Origin: Bdellovibrionales bacterium
Lineage (GTDB): Bacteria > Bdellovibrionota > Bdellovibrionia > Bdellovibrionales > JAGQZY01
Assembly (NCBI GenBank): GCA_964230645.1
Contig: CAXRHT010000002.1
Coordinates: 96,001-160,000 of the forward strand
Direction: 5' to 3'
DNA: 64,000 bases
Shown here: in pieces, positions 39,590 through 50,212 of the stretch
How the letters are laid out: the number at the start of each line of letters is the position of its first letter
Numbering within the stretch: position 1 is the stretch's first letter
Translations under genes and position numbers: made by a program
The notes under the pieces: model-generated
Seen by the model: only the letters and a program-made list of their open reading frames with translations
Told to the model about the DNA's origin: nothing
Databases searched by the model: none

Positions 39590-39809
39590 TTATTTTGTAT
39601 CGGTCGTCTCTGGGAAATAATGAGTGCTTTTCTCAGCTTGAGGCAAAAAAGAAGGTATTAATTCGATGAATTTTGAATCTGATGGGGAACGGTTGCGTGT
39701 AACATAATTTTTTTATTCCCAAATATTTGCTAACTTTGAATCTTTAAAAAAAAACCGGTCTCAAATTGGTAATAACAGGGTTAAGAATCAAAGAGTTTTC
39801 GGGTAAATA

Positions 39810-39842
39810 AAAAAGCCAGCTTTTCAGGGACTGGCTTTTTTT
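39810..39842. terminator. Intrinsic terminator after the SDR gene
   Basis: AAAAAGCCAG/CTGGCTTTTT hairpin. Confidence 0.75.
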
Positions 39843-39863
39843 AGTATAAAATGTTCCTTAAGG

Positions 39864-40526
39864 CTACCAGGGTAGCCGCTCTCCGTTCATATGCCAGAAT
39901 GTTCCGGTGTCATCCATGGATTTTTCATTCATGATTTTCACTAGGTTTCTGGCAGATTCATCGGTCTCAACGAGACCTGATTGACTGGTCATGTCCGTTT
40001 TAACCCATCCCGGATGGAGGAGAAGGACAGTGATACCTTGTTCTTTTAAGTCCACACTTAAAGATTTCCCAGCGGCGTTAAGTGCAGCCTTTGACATTCT
40101 GTAGCCGTAGGAACCTCCAGAGTCGTTGTCTTCGATGGACCCCATCCGGCTGGTAACAAGGCCGAGCTTTGAGTTCTCTGCCAATTTCGGCAAGAAAGCT
40201 TTGGCACTGAGCATGGGGGCAACACTGTTGACCTCAAATTGTTTCTTGATTCCATCGATATCAAACTCTGCCAATGTGGAAGAGCGCATAATTCCAGAGA
40301 CGTGATAGACCTGATCAAAAGTCGGGAGACCACTAGAAGAAATTTTTGATTTCATTTTATCGAAATCAGTCACTTCGAAATCCTCAATGATCATTGCGGG
40401 CTTAGCCTCTTTCAACTCCTCTGAAGATTGACGACAAAAGGCATAAACTTGTGCCCCTTGGCTTTTTAGTTCTTTAACTAAGGCTAGACCTATTCCTCGA
40501 TTACTTCCGATAACGGCCACGTTCAT
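39864..40526 (-). CDS. Short-chain dehydrogenase/reductase (C-factor CsgA-like subgroup)
   Basis: GSNRGIG, SRMGSI.DN.SGG.YGYRMSKAALN, HPGWVKTDM, G.RLPW. Confidence 0.92.
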   Translation of the reverse strand: MNVAVIGSNRGIGLALVKELKSQGAQVYAFCRQSSEELKEAKPAMIIEDFEVTDFDKMKSKISSSGLPTFDQVYHVSGIMRSSTLAEFDIDGIKKQFEVNSVAPMLSAKAFLPKLAENSKLGLVTSRMGSIEDNDSGGSYGYRMSKAALNAAGKSLSVDLKEQGITVLLLHPGWVKTDMTSQSGLVETDESARNLVKIMNEKSMDDTGTFWHMNGERLPW

Positions 40527-40699
40527 ATATTTCTCCTTTTATTTAGCAAAACCAAAACTTGAGTGATTTTTTCAGTCTTGTCATGGTGCAGGTGGGTATT
40601 ACTGTGACGTTCCTGGAGCGAAAAAAAGCCGGTGAGTGTAGAAAGGCTCGACCACTGAAGAATTGAAAGTAGAATCGTTTTTAAAAGGAGATCCCCGCT

Positions 40700-41521
40700 A
40701 TGTTTCTCAGAATCATTATGGCCCTATTTGTTGGAAACTTTTTACTGCAAGCTTCACCTCTGCCATCGAGTGATAAAGCTTTTGTTGATGCTGTTGATAA
40801 GCTGCCAGATTCCAGCCCTTTATGTAAAACTTTAAAAGTAGAAACTGAGGCTCTCCTGGATTTCTCTTTGAATTCCCTTCCCACTGTAAAAAACTCTCAA
40901 GAAATGCAAAAAGCCATGGAAATTCTCTCTTCAATTCCGTCAACTGACGGAGAAACCATTAAACTTTATCGAACCTATTTGTCACAAGACAAAACAAATC
41001 AAAAAGAATTGGGACGATTTTATAAATTAATGGCTCACAATTGTTGGAAAACACAAGAATTAAAGCTTTGGAAAGCACTACTTAATTATTATGAAAGAGC
41101 TTCTGAGAATGAGCAAAGAAAAATAAAAAACTTCTATAAGACAAATTATTTACAAGTTTCATCTCAACCCATTTCTATGATTCAAACCATGGTTAGAATA
41201 GTCATAATTAAAAGGGGAGTTGATGAAGACTTAATTCCCGTTAGTTTCGAGGCTCGTCAGAGATTAAAAAAGATACGCAAAGATGTAAGACATGAAGCCC
41301 AACTAATAAGTAAAGCTTTTCAGGAAATTACGGATTCTTTCGGCAGTGACTGGGAAGAGACTCCGTTGTCACAAGAGGCTCTATCCCTTTACTTTGAAGA
41401 AATTAAAAAGGAAGCGGCTGCTATAGAACAAACCAACCAAAGCCTTGATCAATGGATTTTAAGCTTCGCTCTTAGCGAGTCGTCAGATACTGCGGCGGTC
41501 CCAGATAATGTAGGGGATTAA
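40700..41521 (+). CDS. Secreted hypothetical helical protein
   Basis: AAGGAG RBS, signal peptide; 3' end overlaps the M23 gene tail-to-tail. Confidence 0.7.
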   Translation: MFLRIIMALFVGNFLLQASPLPSSDKAFVDAVDKLPDSSPLCKTLKVETEALLDFSLNSLPTVKNSQEMQKAMEILSSIPSTDGETIKLYRTYLSQDKTNQKELGRFYKLMAHNCWKTQELKLWKALLNYYERASENEQRKIKNFYKTNYLQVSSQPISMIQTMVRIVIIKRGVDEDLIPVSFEARQRLKKIRKDVRHEAQLISKAFQEITDSFGSDWEETPLSQEALSLYFEEIKKEAAAIEQTNQSLDQWILSFALSESSDTAAVPDNVGD

Positions 41522-41942
41522 CCGGTCTTAGGTCTCTGCGAATTTCAAAATGAAGATGCACTCCCGTGGCGCGTCCTGTGCGTCCCATGCCTCCAATTTT
41601 CTGCCCCTTTCTAACAAAGTCTCCCTCTCTTACCTTGAAAGAGTGAAGGTGGGCGTAAAAGGAAGCCCAGGCATCTCCGCGATGTTCTATGATGATCAGA
41701 TTTCCGTAGCCCGTAAAATCGTGACCGGCGTAGAGGACCCTTCCGGTTTCTGCAGCATAAATAGGAGTATTTGTGCGAGCGGCAATATCAAGACCATCAT
41801 GTCGATCCAAAGAGGGTTTGAATTTCTGGGTGAGTCGTCCGCCTTTTACAGGCCACATAAAATGAGGAGTGCCTGCAGGGAGCCGGGGGGTGCTCGAGCA
41901 TGAACAAAATAGAAGGGAGAAAAGAATCAAAATGACGGGCAT
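41472..41942 (-). CDS. M23 family peptidase lipoprotein (NlpD-like)
   Basis: WPV.G, HDGLD, GYGNLIII.H, YAH, GRATGVHLHFE. Confidence 0.92.
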   Translation of the reverse strand: MPVILILFSLLFCSCSSTPRLPAGTPHFMWPVKGGRLTQKFKPSLDRHDGLDIAARTNTPIYAAETGRVLYAGHDFTGYGNLIIIEHRGDAWASFYAHLHSFKVREGDFVRKGQKIGGMGRTGRATGVHLHFEIRRDLRPVNPLHYLGPPQYLTTR

Positions 41943-42126
41943 AACTTTATTATAAAGGAGACCAGGCCAAGAGAAAATAGGGCTCAGGTCTAAGGCAGAG
42001 CAAAAAGAGCGTATCATTATGAGATTCTTAAATTTTTTGAAAAAAAAACGCAACTTTCAGCGAGACCGATCGTTTTCTTCTCAGAACGTGGGCGGAAAAA
42101 CGAACAACACTCATTGGGAGGAAATT

Positions 42127-42603
42127 ATGAAAAAACTATTATTAACACTACTTGTGTCTAGCCTTACAGGTTCATTTGCCTACGCTGGCAGTAAGTTTGT
42201 AGGTCACTATCAACTTAAAAATGCGGCCGGCAAAGTGATCTTTCAAAGTGCTCTTAAACTTGAACGCGTCAATGTGGCTGGGAATAAAGCTCTTCATGTC
42301 TACACCGAGCCTACTAACAAAGGACCTCAGTCCACAATCTGTGATTTTGAGATCACACTCAATAGTGATGGCAATCGAGAATACAGTGAGAAGTGTGATG
42401 ACTATGGTGATTCTTCACTAAAGTGTAAAAATGGAGTTTGCATTGGTACTATGAAGTATGACGATATCAAGGACCCTGCTTGGATTGTTGAGGTAAACAC
42501 TTCTAAGGTTCGCAAGCAAACGGCCACACTCAAAAAACCGATCAATATTCAAGGTCTCAAAGGTGTAAAGAGTTACGAGCACACCTTAAGAAAAGTGGAT
42601 TAA
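42127..42603 (+). CDS. Secreted hypothetical protein
   Basis: GGAGG RBS, MKKLLL..AYA signal peptide. Confidence 0.75.
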   Translation: MKKLLLTLLVSSLTGSFAYAGSKFVGHYQLKNAAGKVIFQSALKLERVNVAGNKALHVYTEPTNKGPQSTICDFEITLNSDGNREYSEKCDDYGDSSLKCKNGVCIGTMKYDDIKDPAWIVEVNTSKVRKQTATLKKPINIQGLKGVKSYEHTLRKVD

Positions 42604-42626
42604 TTAAAAAATTACAGTTTTAAATT

Positions 42627-42659
42627 AAGCGAGTCTTCAAAAAGAAGACTCGCTTTTTT
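42627..42659. terminator. Bidirectional intrinsic terminator
   Basis: AAGCGAGTCTTC/GAAGACTCGCTT hairpin plus T tract. Confidence 0.8.
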
Positions 42660-42670
42660 ATTTCAATAAC

Positions 42671-43063
42671 TTAACTACAGTACTTGAAGTTACCTTTACA
42701 GTATTGCGCTGGCCAAATGAAAACACGTCCTCTGACAGAGCACTTACGAGAAGTTTTGATAAAATCTTTATTTTGCTCTACACGTCTCTTTTGAGCTCCT
42801 TCACAGCCACTGCCTTTAATGTCGGTATTGAAGTGACGGAACTTGTATCCAGCCGGAGGATAGCAAACAGAGCTTTTGCCACAACGAACACTGATCCAAC
42901 GGCTTCCCGGAGGATTGGAAAAAAACGAAGCCATATATTCGCCTTGTTCTCCAGAGAGAACTTCGATTTCCTGTTGAACTAGGTTTTGGCTATCAGCCAT
43001 TGCTGTTTGGCCAAAACCTAATAAAGTTAAAATACTTACCGTTAAAACTAAAAGATTTTTCAT
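42671..43063 (-). CDS. Small secreted Cys-rich basic protein
   Basis: GGAGG RBS, signal peptide ending AMA, six Cys. Confidence 0.7.
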   Translation of the reverse strand: MKNLLVLTVSILTLLGFGQTAMADSQNLVQQEIEVLSGEQGEYMASFFSNPPGSRWISVRCGKSSVCYPPAGYKFRHFNTDIKGSGCEGAQKRRVEQNKDFIKTSRKCSVRGRVFIWPAQYCKGNFKYCS

Positions 43064-43508
43064 AAATCTCCCTCCCTTTAGGTTTTTAGTTTGAGAGCAG
43101 AAAATAGTAAGGGGCAGGCGTGGAGGTCAATTGAACATAAAAAGACAGTTATTAGTTTTGCGAGTGACGAAGCTCAATACTTGAGCTTACTTCAGCTAGT
43201 TAAAAGTTAAAGCCGCTTTTGGGGTCAGAAACCAGTCGTAGGAGGAGAAAAAGTTCTTCGTCACTTAAGGTAAAGAGCTCCGTATTGCTGCGACTCATCA
43301 CTGAAAATCAGTTGTGATATTTTGTCCGCTTAAAGGAGCTCGATTTCTTTTTTAGTCGGGTGCTCGGGAGCCTTGGCAACGGCAATTAAAAGAGCGCACA
43401 TACTTTGGTCTCGAAGTTTTACAAGCGCTTCGTTGGATTCATCGACTCATTGCACGGGGGCACGCTCTATCAAGGCCTTTGTGTTACACTCAAGAAAAGA
43501 GAGTCACT

Positions 43509-44558
43509 GTGAAAAGTAGCCCAACTGAACTAGAAATCATTACCCCTGATGACTGGCATTTGCATTTGCGCGATGGAGAAGCCCTTGCTTATACTGTTCC
43601 AGCGACGGCTAGAAGCTTTCACCGGGCGATTGTCATGCCTAACCTCGTGCCGCCAGTAGACACAGTGACCCTGGCAGAGCAATATCGTGAGCGGATTCTA
43701 AAATATGTTCCTAAAGGGAAAACTTTTGACCCATTGATGACCCTTTATCTCACGGACTCTATCACTCCTGACGAAATTACACGGGCCAGCCAATCACCTT
43801 ACGTTTATGCTTGTAAGCTCTATCCGGCGGGAGCAACCACAAACTCAGAAGCCGGAGTTTCAAAGCTTGATCACCTCGATCCCGTTTTCGCAGAAATGCA
43901 GGCCGTTGATCTTCCTTTACTCATTCACGGGGAAGTCACAGGCGCACATGTGGATGTTTTTGACCGTGAAAAAGATTTTATTAAGCAGCATTTAATCCCC
44001 ATACAAAAAAAATTTCCAAAACTGCGAATTGTTTTTGAGCATATCACCACCGCAGAGGCCGTTGAATTTGTTGAAAATGCCCCTAGTAATGTGGCGGCCA
44101 CGATCACTCCCCAGCATTTGATGTACAATCGTAATGATATGCTCGTTGGAGGCATTCGCCCGCATTTATACTGCCTCCCGATTTTGAAATCCAATCGTCA
44201 TCAAAAGGCTTTGCAGCAGGCTGTGATCAGTGGAAACCCTAAGTTTTTTCTGGGCACTGATTCGGCTCCTCATGCTACGGATACAAAAGAATCCCCTTGT
44301 GGCTGTGCCGGGTGTTTCAGTGCTCCTGTGGCACTAGAGCTTTATGTTTCGATTTTTGAACAGTTGGGAGTTTTGGGGAAGTTCGAAAACTTTGCCTCTA
44401 TCTTTGGGGCAGATTTTTATGGATTGCCTCAAAATACCAGCAAAGTTCTTTTACGCAAAACCGAGCAGGAAGTCCCTCAACGACTTCCTTATATCGATGG
44501 TCGCTCTATCACTCCTTTGGCCGCGGGAATGGCCTTGAAGTGGCAACTCGCTGACTAA
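43509..44558 (+). CDS. pyrC: Dihydroorotase (E. coli-type, homodimeric)
   Basis: PDDWHLHLRDG, VMPNL, KLYPAGATTNS, FEHITT, CLPILK, GTDSAPH. Confidence 0.95.
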   Translation: MKSSPTELEIITPDDWHLHLRDGEALAYTVPATARSFHRAIVMPNLVPPVDTVTLAEQYRERILKYVPKGKTFDPLMTLYLTDSITPDEITRASQSPYVYACKLYPAGATTNSEAGVSKLDHLDPVFAEMQAVDLPLLIHGEVTGAHVDVFDREKDFIKQHLIPIQKKFPKLRIVFEHITTAEAVEFVENAPSNVAATITPQHLMYNRNDMLVGGIRPHLYCLPILKSNRHQKALQQAVISGNPKFFLGTDSAPHATDTKESPCGCAGCFSAPVALELYVSIFEQLGVLGKFENFASIFGADFYGLPQNTSKVLLRKTEQEVPQRLPYIDGRSITPLAAGMALKWQLAD

Positions 44559-44648
44559 AATCTAAATTGAGGCGAAGAACAATAGATCCTTCGCGAAAGA
44601 ATGCTGGGAAATCTAAAGCCGCCGCCGACGCCGGCTAGCGATCTTTAA

Positions 44649-45890
44649 TCAGTCCCGGTACAGAGGAAACTGAGTGCACAGTTCTTTCACTTTTCCGCGC
44701 ACATTATTGAGAACACTGTCGTTTTCTGGGTCACTAAGTACTTCATGCATCCACTGGGCGACATGTTTCATTTCGCCCTCTTTCATGCCACGTGTGGTGA
44801 GTGCCGGCGAGCCAATTCGAATACCACTGGTAACAAAAGGGCTTTGTTTTTCATTGGGCACTGTATTTTTATTCACAGTGATAGCGGCTTTATCCAGTTG
44901 ATTCTCCGCTAATTTTCCTGTGATCCCTTTGGCCGATAGGTCCACAAGGACTAGGTGATTGTCTGTTCCGCCTGTGACCAGGTCGTAACCATAACCGAGA
45001 AGACATTCGCTTAAGGCCTTGGCGTTAGCCACCACTTGTTTTGAATAGGTTTTAAATTCCGGTTTTAAAGCTTCACCAAAGGCCACGGCTTTTGCTGCAA
45101 TAGCGTGTTCAAGGGGCCCACCTTGAATTCCAGGAAAGATTCGAGAATTGACCTTTTTCATCCATTTTTCATTGGTAAGGATCATGCCTCCCCTTGGCCC
45201 TCGAAGAGTTTTGTGAGTCGTTGTGGTCACAAAATCAGCGTAGGGGACAGGAGAGGGGTGAACACCTCCGGCCACAAGGCCCGCGAAGTGAGCCATATCA
45301 ACCATCAAATAAGCGCCCACCTCATCAGCGATTTCTTTAAACTTTGAAAAATCAAGTTCGCGGGGGTAGGCACTGTAGCCTGCGATGATCATTTTTGGTT
45401 TGTTTTCTTTGGCGATTTTTTTGAGCTCATCGTAGTTGATTCGATGAGTTTCTGGATCAATGCCATAGGGGACAATGTTGTAAAGTAGACCACTGAAATT
45501 GACAGGGGAGCCGTGTGTGAGATGTCCCCCATTAGAGAGGTCCATGCCCATCACCGTATCACCGACTTCAAGGGCGGCTAAATAAACGGCCATATTGGCT
45601 TGCGAACCAGAGTGAGGTTGGACGTTGGCGTGCTCAGCTTTAAAAAGCTCTTTAGCGCGATCAATGGCGAGCTGCTCTGTTTCATCAACGAATTCGCAGC
45701 CACCGTAATAGCGCTTTCTAGGATAGCCTTCGGCGTATTTGTTGGTCATTACCGAGCCTTGCGCTTCCATCACAGCCTTACTGGTATAGTTTTCTGAGGC
45801 GATCATCTCAAGACCATACTCCTGGCGATCGGTTTCTTTTTTAATGCTCTCAAAAACTTTTGGATCTAAACTCTCTAACGACACTTTCAA
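44649..45890 (-). CDS. glyA: Serine hydroxymethyltransferase
   Basis: [35 protein letters not shown]. Confidence 0.97.
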   Translation of the reverse strand: MKVSLESLDPKVFESIKKETDRQEYGLEMIASENYTSKAVMEAQGSVMTNKYAEGYPRKRYYGGCEFVDETEQLAIDRAKELFKAEHANVQPHSGSQANMAVYLAALEVGDTVMGMDLSNGGHLTHGSPVNFSGLLYNIVPYGIDPETHRINYDELKKIAKENKPKMIIAGYSAYPRELDFSKFKEIADEVGAYLMVDMAHFAGLVAGGVHPSPVPYADFVTTTTHKTLRGPRGGMILTNEKWMKKVNSRIFPGIQGGPLEHAIAAKAVAFGEALKPEFKTYSKQVVANAKALSECLLGYGYDLVTGGTDNHLVLVDLSAKGITGKLAENQLDKAAITVNKNTVPNEKQSPFVTSGIRIGSPALTTRGMKEGEMKHVAQWMHEVLSDPENDSVLNNVRGKVKELCTQFPLYRD

Positions 45891-45893
45891 CTC

Positions 45894-46349
45894 CTAACAA
45901 TGGGCGGGCTGGTTCAATTTATCCACTCGAGCCTCATGCCGGCCCCCTTCAAACTCTGTCTTAACAAAGACATCCAAGATACTAAAAATAAGTTCTTTTT
46001 CCAATAGACGACTCCCAACACAAAGAACATTGGCGTTGTTGTGTTCACGGGAAAGTTTACAACTCTCCTCATCCCAACAAAGGGCAGCTCGAATAAAGGG
46101 ATAACGATTGGCTCGAATGGCCATCCCTTGCCCGGAACCACAGATGAGGATTCCCCGAGCCGTGGGATTGTCTTTTATTTTAAGGCAAAGTCTATCGGCG
46201 AAATCAGGATAATCCACACGCTCGTCGGTTTGTGGTCCAAGGTCTTCGAATTTTAAACCTTTTTCTTTAAGGCGATGTAACATAATAGTTTTAAGTTCAA
46301 AACCGGCGTGATCAGAAGCGATGTAAAAAATATTATTTTCCATGGTCAA
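45894..46349 (-). CDS. rpiB: Ribose-5-phosphate isomerase B
   Basis: SDHAG, VDYPD, CGSGQG, HNNAN, FEGGRH. Confidence 0.95.
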   Translation of the reverse strand: MTMENNIFYIASDHAGFELKTIMLHRLKEKGLKFEDLGPQTDERVDYPDFADRLCLKIKDNPTARGILICGSGQGMAIRANRYPFIRAALCWDEESCKLSREHNNANVLCVGSRLLEKELIFSILDVFVKTEFEGGRHEARVDKLNQPAHC

Positions 46350-46431
46350 AAACCATATTAAACATTCACACTAAAAGCTAGAAAAGACTCTATTTTTGGT
46401 AACGACAAAAAGAAAGATTCTGACTTTCAAT

Positions 46432-46776
46432 TCACTCGATGTAATCAACGCAATCGGTGCTACTGATTCTTAGGCTTCCTTTTTGTGAATCAAAAGAAAT
46501 CGTACAAATCTTAATACCCTCTCTCGTTGACCCAGGTATCTTGTGAAGCTCAACGATTCCTGTAACTATCGCTCGAGTGATCGAGCCGTAATGGGATTCA
46601 TCCCAGGCTTCAAGTTCCATATCTTGCAGCAGGTTTTCTTGAAAATCATTGACCATAAAATAATCATTGGCCGCTTGGTTGGCCTTTTGTTTGATTCTTG
46701 AGATTTGGTTCAAATCCAAGGCATGAATTGTTCCCACAAAGAGCAGGGGTAGTACCAAAAATATTAAAATCCTCAT
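46432..46776 (-). CDS. Small secreted hypothetical protein lying between fabF and rpiB
   Basis: GGAG RBS, signal peptide ending IHA. Confidence 0.65.
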   Translation of the reverse strand: MRILIFLVLPLLFVGTIHALDLNQISRIKQKANQAANDYFMVNDFQENLLQDMELEAWDESHYGSITRAIVTGIVELHKIPGSTREGIKICTISFDSQKGSLRISSTDCVDYIE

Positions 46777-46921
46777 CCTTATCCTCCAAAATGAAAAAAC
46801 GATCCCTCAATGATGAGAATTATTATTGTTTTCAAAAGCTGAAGGAAAACAGCTCTCACGGAGAGAGGCTGAAATCAAAGGCTTAAATGAGAATTGTAAT
46901 CAATTCAAGAAGTCTCTACTT

Positions 46922-48202
46922 TTAGGAATCCACTGAAGTGAACACCAAAGACGCATTGGTCCCACCAAACCCAAAAGAATTATTAAGGACATTTTTGAAG
47001 TCCCCATCACGAGCGGATAATGGCACGTAATCGAGATCACAGTCCTCTGAAGGGTTCTCGAGATTGATTGTAGGGGGTGCTACCTGATTTTTAAGCGCGA
47101 GCAAAGAGTAAATACTCTCAATCGCTCCGGCGGCTCCCAGGGTATGTCCGGTCATACTTTTAGTACTGGAGATCCAAAGTTTTTTGGCATGTTCGCCAAA
47201 AACTGTTTTCATAGCAGCCGTTTCGACACCATCACCAGCTGGCGTACTGGTCCCATGGGCATTGGCATAACCAACCTCATCTGGGTTGATACCGGCATCT
47301 TTAAGGGCCAGTTTCATAGCCAGCGCTGCGCCATCACCACCTGGAGCAGGATTGGTCATATGGTGAGCGTCTGAGGAGAATCCATACCCGGTCACTTCCC
47401 CATAAATTGTGGCTCCACGCCGAGAGGCGTGTTCGTAATCTTCTAAAATAAGTGTCCCAGCACCTTCACTGAGAACAAACCCATCGCGATCTTTATCAAA
47501 AGGACGACTGGCTAGTTCCGGTTGGCTATTGCGTGTGGACAGAGCTTTCATTGAAGCAAACCCAGCAATAGCAAGAGGAGTGATCGCTGCTTCGGTACCT
47601 CCAGCAACCATAACATCACAGTGACCATCTCGGATGTACTTGGCTGCCTCACCGATAGAGTGAGCCCCTGAGGCACAAGCGGAAGTGACTGAATAGTTAG
47701 GGCCTCTGAGACCGTAACGAATCGTAATGTGGCCAGAGGCCATATTCGTGATCACAGCTGGAATGAAGAAGGGCGAAATTCTGGACGGCCCTCGGTCTGT
47801 GAGGGTTTTCGCCTGCTTTTCGATATCTGGTAATCCACCAATTCCCACTCCAATGAGTGAGCCCGTGCGAGCTTGGAGAAGTTCATTGCCTTCAAATTCA
47901 AGACCAGAATCTTCTACAGCTTGCCTTGTGGCTTCTAGGGAATACTGGATGAACAAATCCATTTTTTTCTGATCTTTCTTTTCAATCACTGTTGTGGGAT
48001 CAAAATCCTTGATGTCGCCCGCTATTTTCGAGGCGTACTGTTCGGGGTCAAAGGCGGTAATCTCACGGATTCCCGATCGCCCGTTGCTCAAGTTATCCCA
48101 GTTTTCAGCGACTGTTTTCCCTAAGGGAGTGATCAGTCCTAATCCTGTGACCACAACACGACGCTGTGGCTTTGAATCTCTTAAAAAAATGCTTTGTCCC
48201 AT
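46922..48202 (-). CDS. fabF: 3-oxoacyl-ACP synthase II
   Basis: RRVVVTGLG, SACASG, AHGTST, KSMTGH.LGAAG, NSFGFGG. Confidence 0.96.
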   Translation of the reverse strand: MGQSIFLRDSKPQRRVVVTGLGLITPLGKTVAENWDNLSNGRSGIREITAFDPEQYASKIAGDIKDFDPTTVIEKKDQKKMDLFIQYSLEATRQAVEDSGLEFEGNELLQARTGSLIGVGIGGLPDIEKQAKTLTDRGPSRISPFFIPAVITNMASGHITIRYGLRGPNYSVTSACASGAHSIGEAAKYIRDGHCDVMVAGGTEAAITPLAIAGFASMKALSTRNSQPELASRPFDKDRDGFVLSEGAGTLILEDYEHASRRGATIYGEVTGYGFSSDAHHMTNPAPGGDGAALAMKLALKDAGINPDEVGYANAHGTSTPAGDGVETAAMKTVFGEHAKKLWISSTKSMTGHTLGAAGAIESIYSLLALKNQVAPPTINLENPSEDCDLDYVPLSARDGDFKNVLNNSFGFGGTNASLVFTSVDS

Positions 48203-48224
48203 AGATATCTCTTAGGTCCTTTTA

Positions 48225-48467
48225 TTAGGCTTTCCCTTTAGCGGCCAAGTAGTCTGTCACATCTTGGACAGTTTTGAGTTTCTCAGCTTCCTCATCGGGA
48301 ATTTCGATCTCAAAAGTTTCTTCCATAGCCATTACAAGCTCAACAATATCAAGACTATCGGCACCAAGATCATCAATAAAAGAAGCCTCACCTTTAACGC
48401 GCTCAGGATCCACTCCCAATTGCTCAGTAATCACTTCCTTTACTTTGGCTGGAATTTCGTTGGACAT
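48225..48467 (-). CDS. acpP: Acyl carrier protein
   Basis: [15 protein letters not shown]. Confidence 0.97.
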   Translation of the reverse strand: MSNEIPAKVKEVITEQLGVDPERVKGEASFIDDLGADSLDIVELVMAMEETFEIEIPDEEAEKLKTVQDVTDYLAAKGKA

Positions 48468-48484
48468 TATATACCTCCGTTTAA

Positions 48485-49225
48485 TTACATATATAGGCCA
48501 CCATTTACACCAATGGTCTGACCAGTAATATATTTAGATTCATCACTCAACAAAAAAGCCACCGATTGTGCCACGTCAATAGGCTCTCCGATGGAATTTA
48601 ATGGAACTGACGATAGAATTGCATTTTTTCTATCCTCGGGCAGTTCCTCAGTCATATCTGTGGCAATAAAGCCAGGAGCTACACAGTTGACTCGAATGTT
48701 TCTTGAGCCGACCTCCTGGGCAATAGATTTTGTGAAGGCTTCAACACCCCCTTTGCTGGCGGCGTAGTTCGCTTGCCCAGCCCCACCCATTTGGCCAATC
48801 ACGGAAGTGATATTGACGATACTTCCTTTTTTGGCCTTCATCATAGTTTTAACGGCTAGTTTGGTGCAAAGAAATACTCCGCGAAGATTGGTACTTATGA
48901 CTTGATCGAAATCCTCTTCTTTCATGCGAAGAATGAGTTGATCCCGAGTGATCCCAGCATTATTTACGAGACCATCAAGCCCTGAAAACTCTTTACTAAT
49001 GAGGTCGAAACCCTCTTTGATAGACGCTTCATCGGAAACATTAAAAGGAAGGAGTAAGTGACCATCACCATTGAGGCTTTTATAAATTTCTTCAGCCTTA
49101 TCTTTTGAGCGACCATAGGTGACAGCCACTCGCATCCCCAGGTCAGCGAGATGTTGAGCGGTCTTGGCTCCAATACCTCTTGAACTTCCGGTGACAAGTA
49201 CAGTTTTTCCTTTAAGTTGACTCAT
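48485..49225 (-). CDS. fabG: 3-oxoacyl-ACP reductase
   Basis: [30 protein letters not shown]; fab operon context. Confidence 0.95.
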   Translation of the reverse strand: MSQLKGKTVLVTGSSRGIGAKTAQHLADLGMRVAVTYGRSKDKAEEIYKSLNGDGHLLLPFNVSDEASIKEGFDLISKEFSGLDGLVNNAGITRDQLILRMKEEDFDQVISTNLRGVFLCTKLAVKTMMKAKKGSIVNITSVIGQMGGAGQANYAASKGGVEAFTKSIAQEVGSRNIRVNCVAPGFIATDMTEELPEDRKNAILSSVPLNSIGEPIDVAQSVAFLLSDESKYITGQTIGVNGGLYM

Positions 49226-49248
49226 AATTTTCCTTTGATTCGGAGGCT

Positions 49249-50208
49249 TTAATTCTGACTCTCGGTGAATTGGTTAATGTCATCCGTTGAACCAATGGAT
49301 TGGCCTTGCAGGTCCAAGTTAATTTTCTTCAATAGACCAGTAAGCACTTTTCCAGAGCCCAGCTCTAAGAATTGCTCCACATCACCGGTTTCACTGATAG
49401 CCTCGATGCAGTCGACCCATCGGACGGGCCCTGAAATCTGTTTAATGATGTTGGTCTTAATGATTTTAGGCTCGGCCTCTAACTTGCCTGTGAAATTTTG
49501 AGAGATTGAAAACTCAGGCACATTAAACTCCACATCATTAATAGCACCGGCCATTTCTTTTTCCGCATCAAGCATCATACTGCAGTGAAAGGGCGCTGAT
49601 ACTTTAAGAGGAATTAGACGCACCTTTTTCTTGTCTGAGCCGATCGCTTCTGGTTTAAAGTTTTTAGCGGCATACTCTACGGCCTTAGCGTTTCCACTGA
49701 CAACGATCTGATTGGGGGAGTTGTAATTAGCAGGCTCCAAAGGACCTTCCCCACATTCTTTTGCGGCCCAATCGCAAAGTTGGATCACCTCATCAGGCTC
49801 AAGCCCCATAACAGCGAGCATTCCACCTTTCCCCACAGGAACGGCTTTTTGCATCAGTTGACCACGAAGACGGACTAGCTCCACGGCCTTTGAAAAAGAA
49901 ATCACCCCACTGGCAACAAGAGCAGCATATTCACCCACTGAATGACCGGCGCAGGCTTTGATATTGAGATCCACGCGCGATTTGAGAGCATTGAGTGTAG
50001 CAATGGAGTGGGTGAGAAGGGCGGGTTGTGTGTTTTCAGTTAATTGTAGTTTATCCGAAGGCCCTTCAAGACAGAGCTTTGTCATATCAAAGCCAAGGGT
50101 GTCGCTGGCTTCTTCAAAAACCACACGGGCGGGTTGGAAATCCTTAATTAGGCTCTCACCCATACCCACAGCCTGACTGCCTTGTCCTGGAAATAAAATG
50201 GCTTGCAT
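49249..50208 (-). CDS. fabD: Malonyl-CoA:ACP transacylase
   Basis: FPGQGSQ, TQPAL, GHSVGEY, VSAPFH. Confidence 0.96.
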   Translation of the reverse strand: MQAILFPGQGSQAVGMGESLIKDFQPARVVFEEASDTLGFDMTKLCLEGPSDKLQLTENTQPALLTHSIATLNALKSRVDLNIKACAGHSVGEYAALVASGVISFSKAVELVRLRGQLMQKAVPVGKGGMLAVMGLEPDEVIQLCDWAAKECGEGPLEPANYNSPNQIVVSGNAKAVEYAAKNFKPEAIGSDKKKVRLIPLKVSAPFHCSMMLDAEKEMAGAINDVEFNVPEFSISQNFTGKLEAEPKIIKTNIIKQISGPVRWVDCIEAISETGDVEQFLELGSGKVLTGLLKKINLDLQGQSIGSTDDINQFTESQN

Positions 50209-50212
50209 AACG

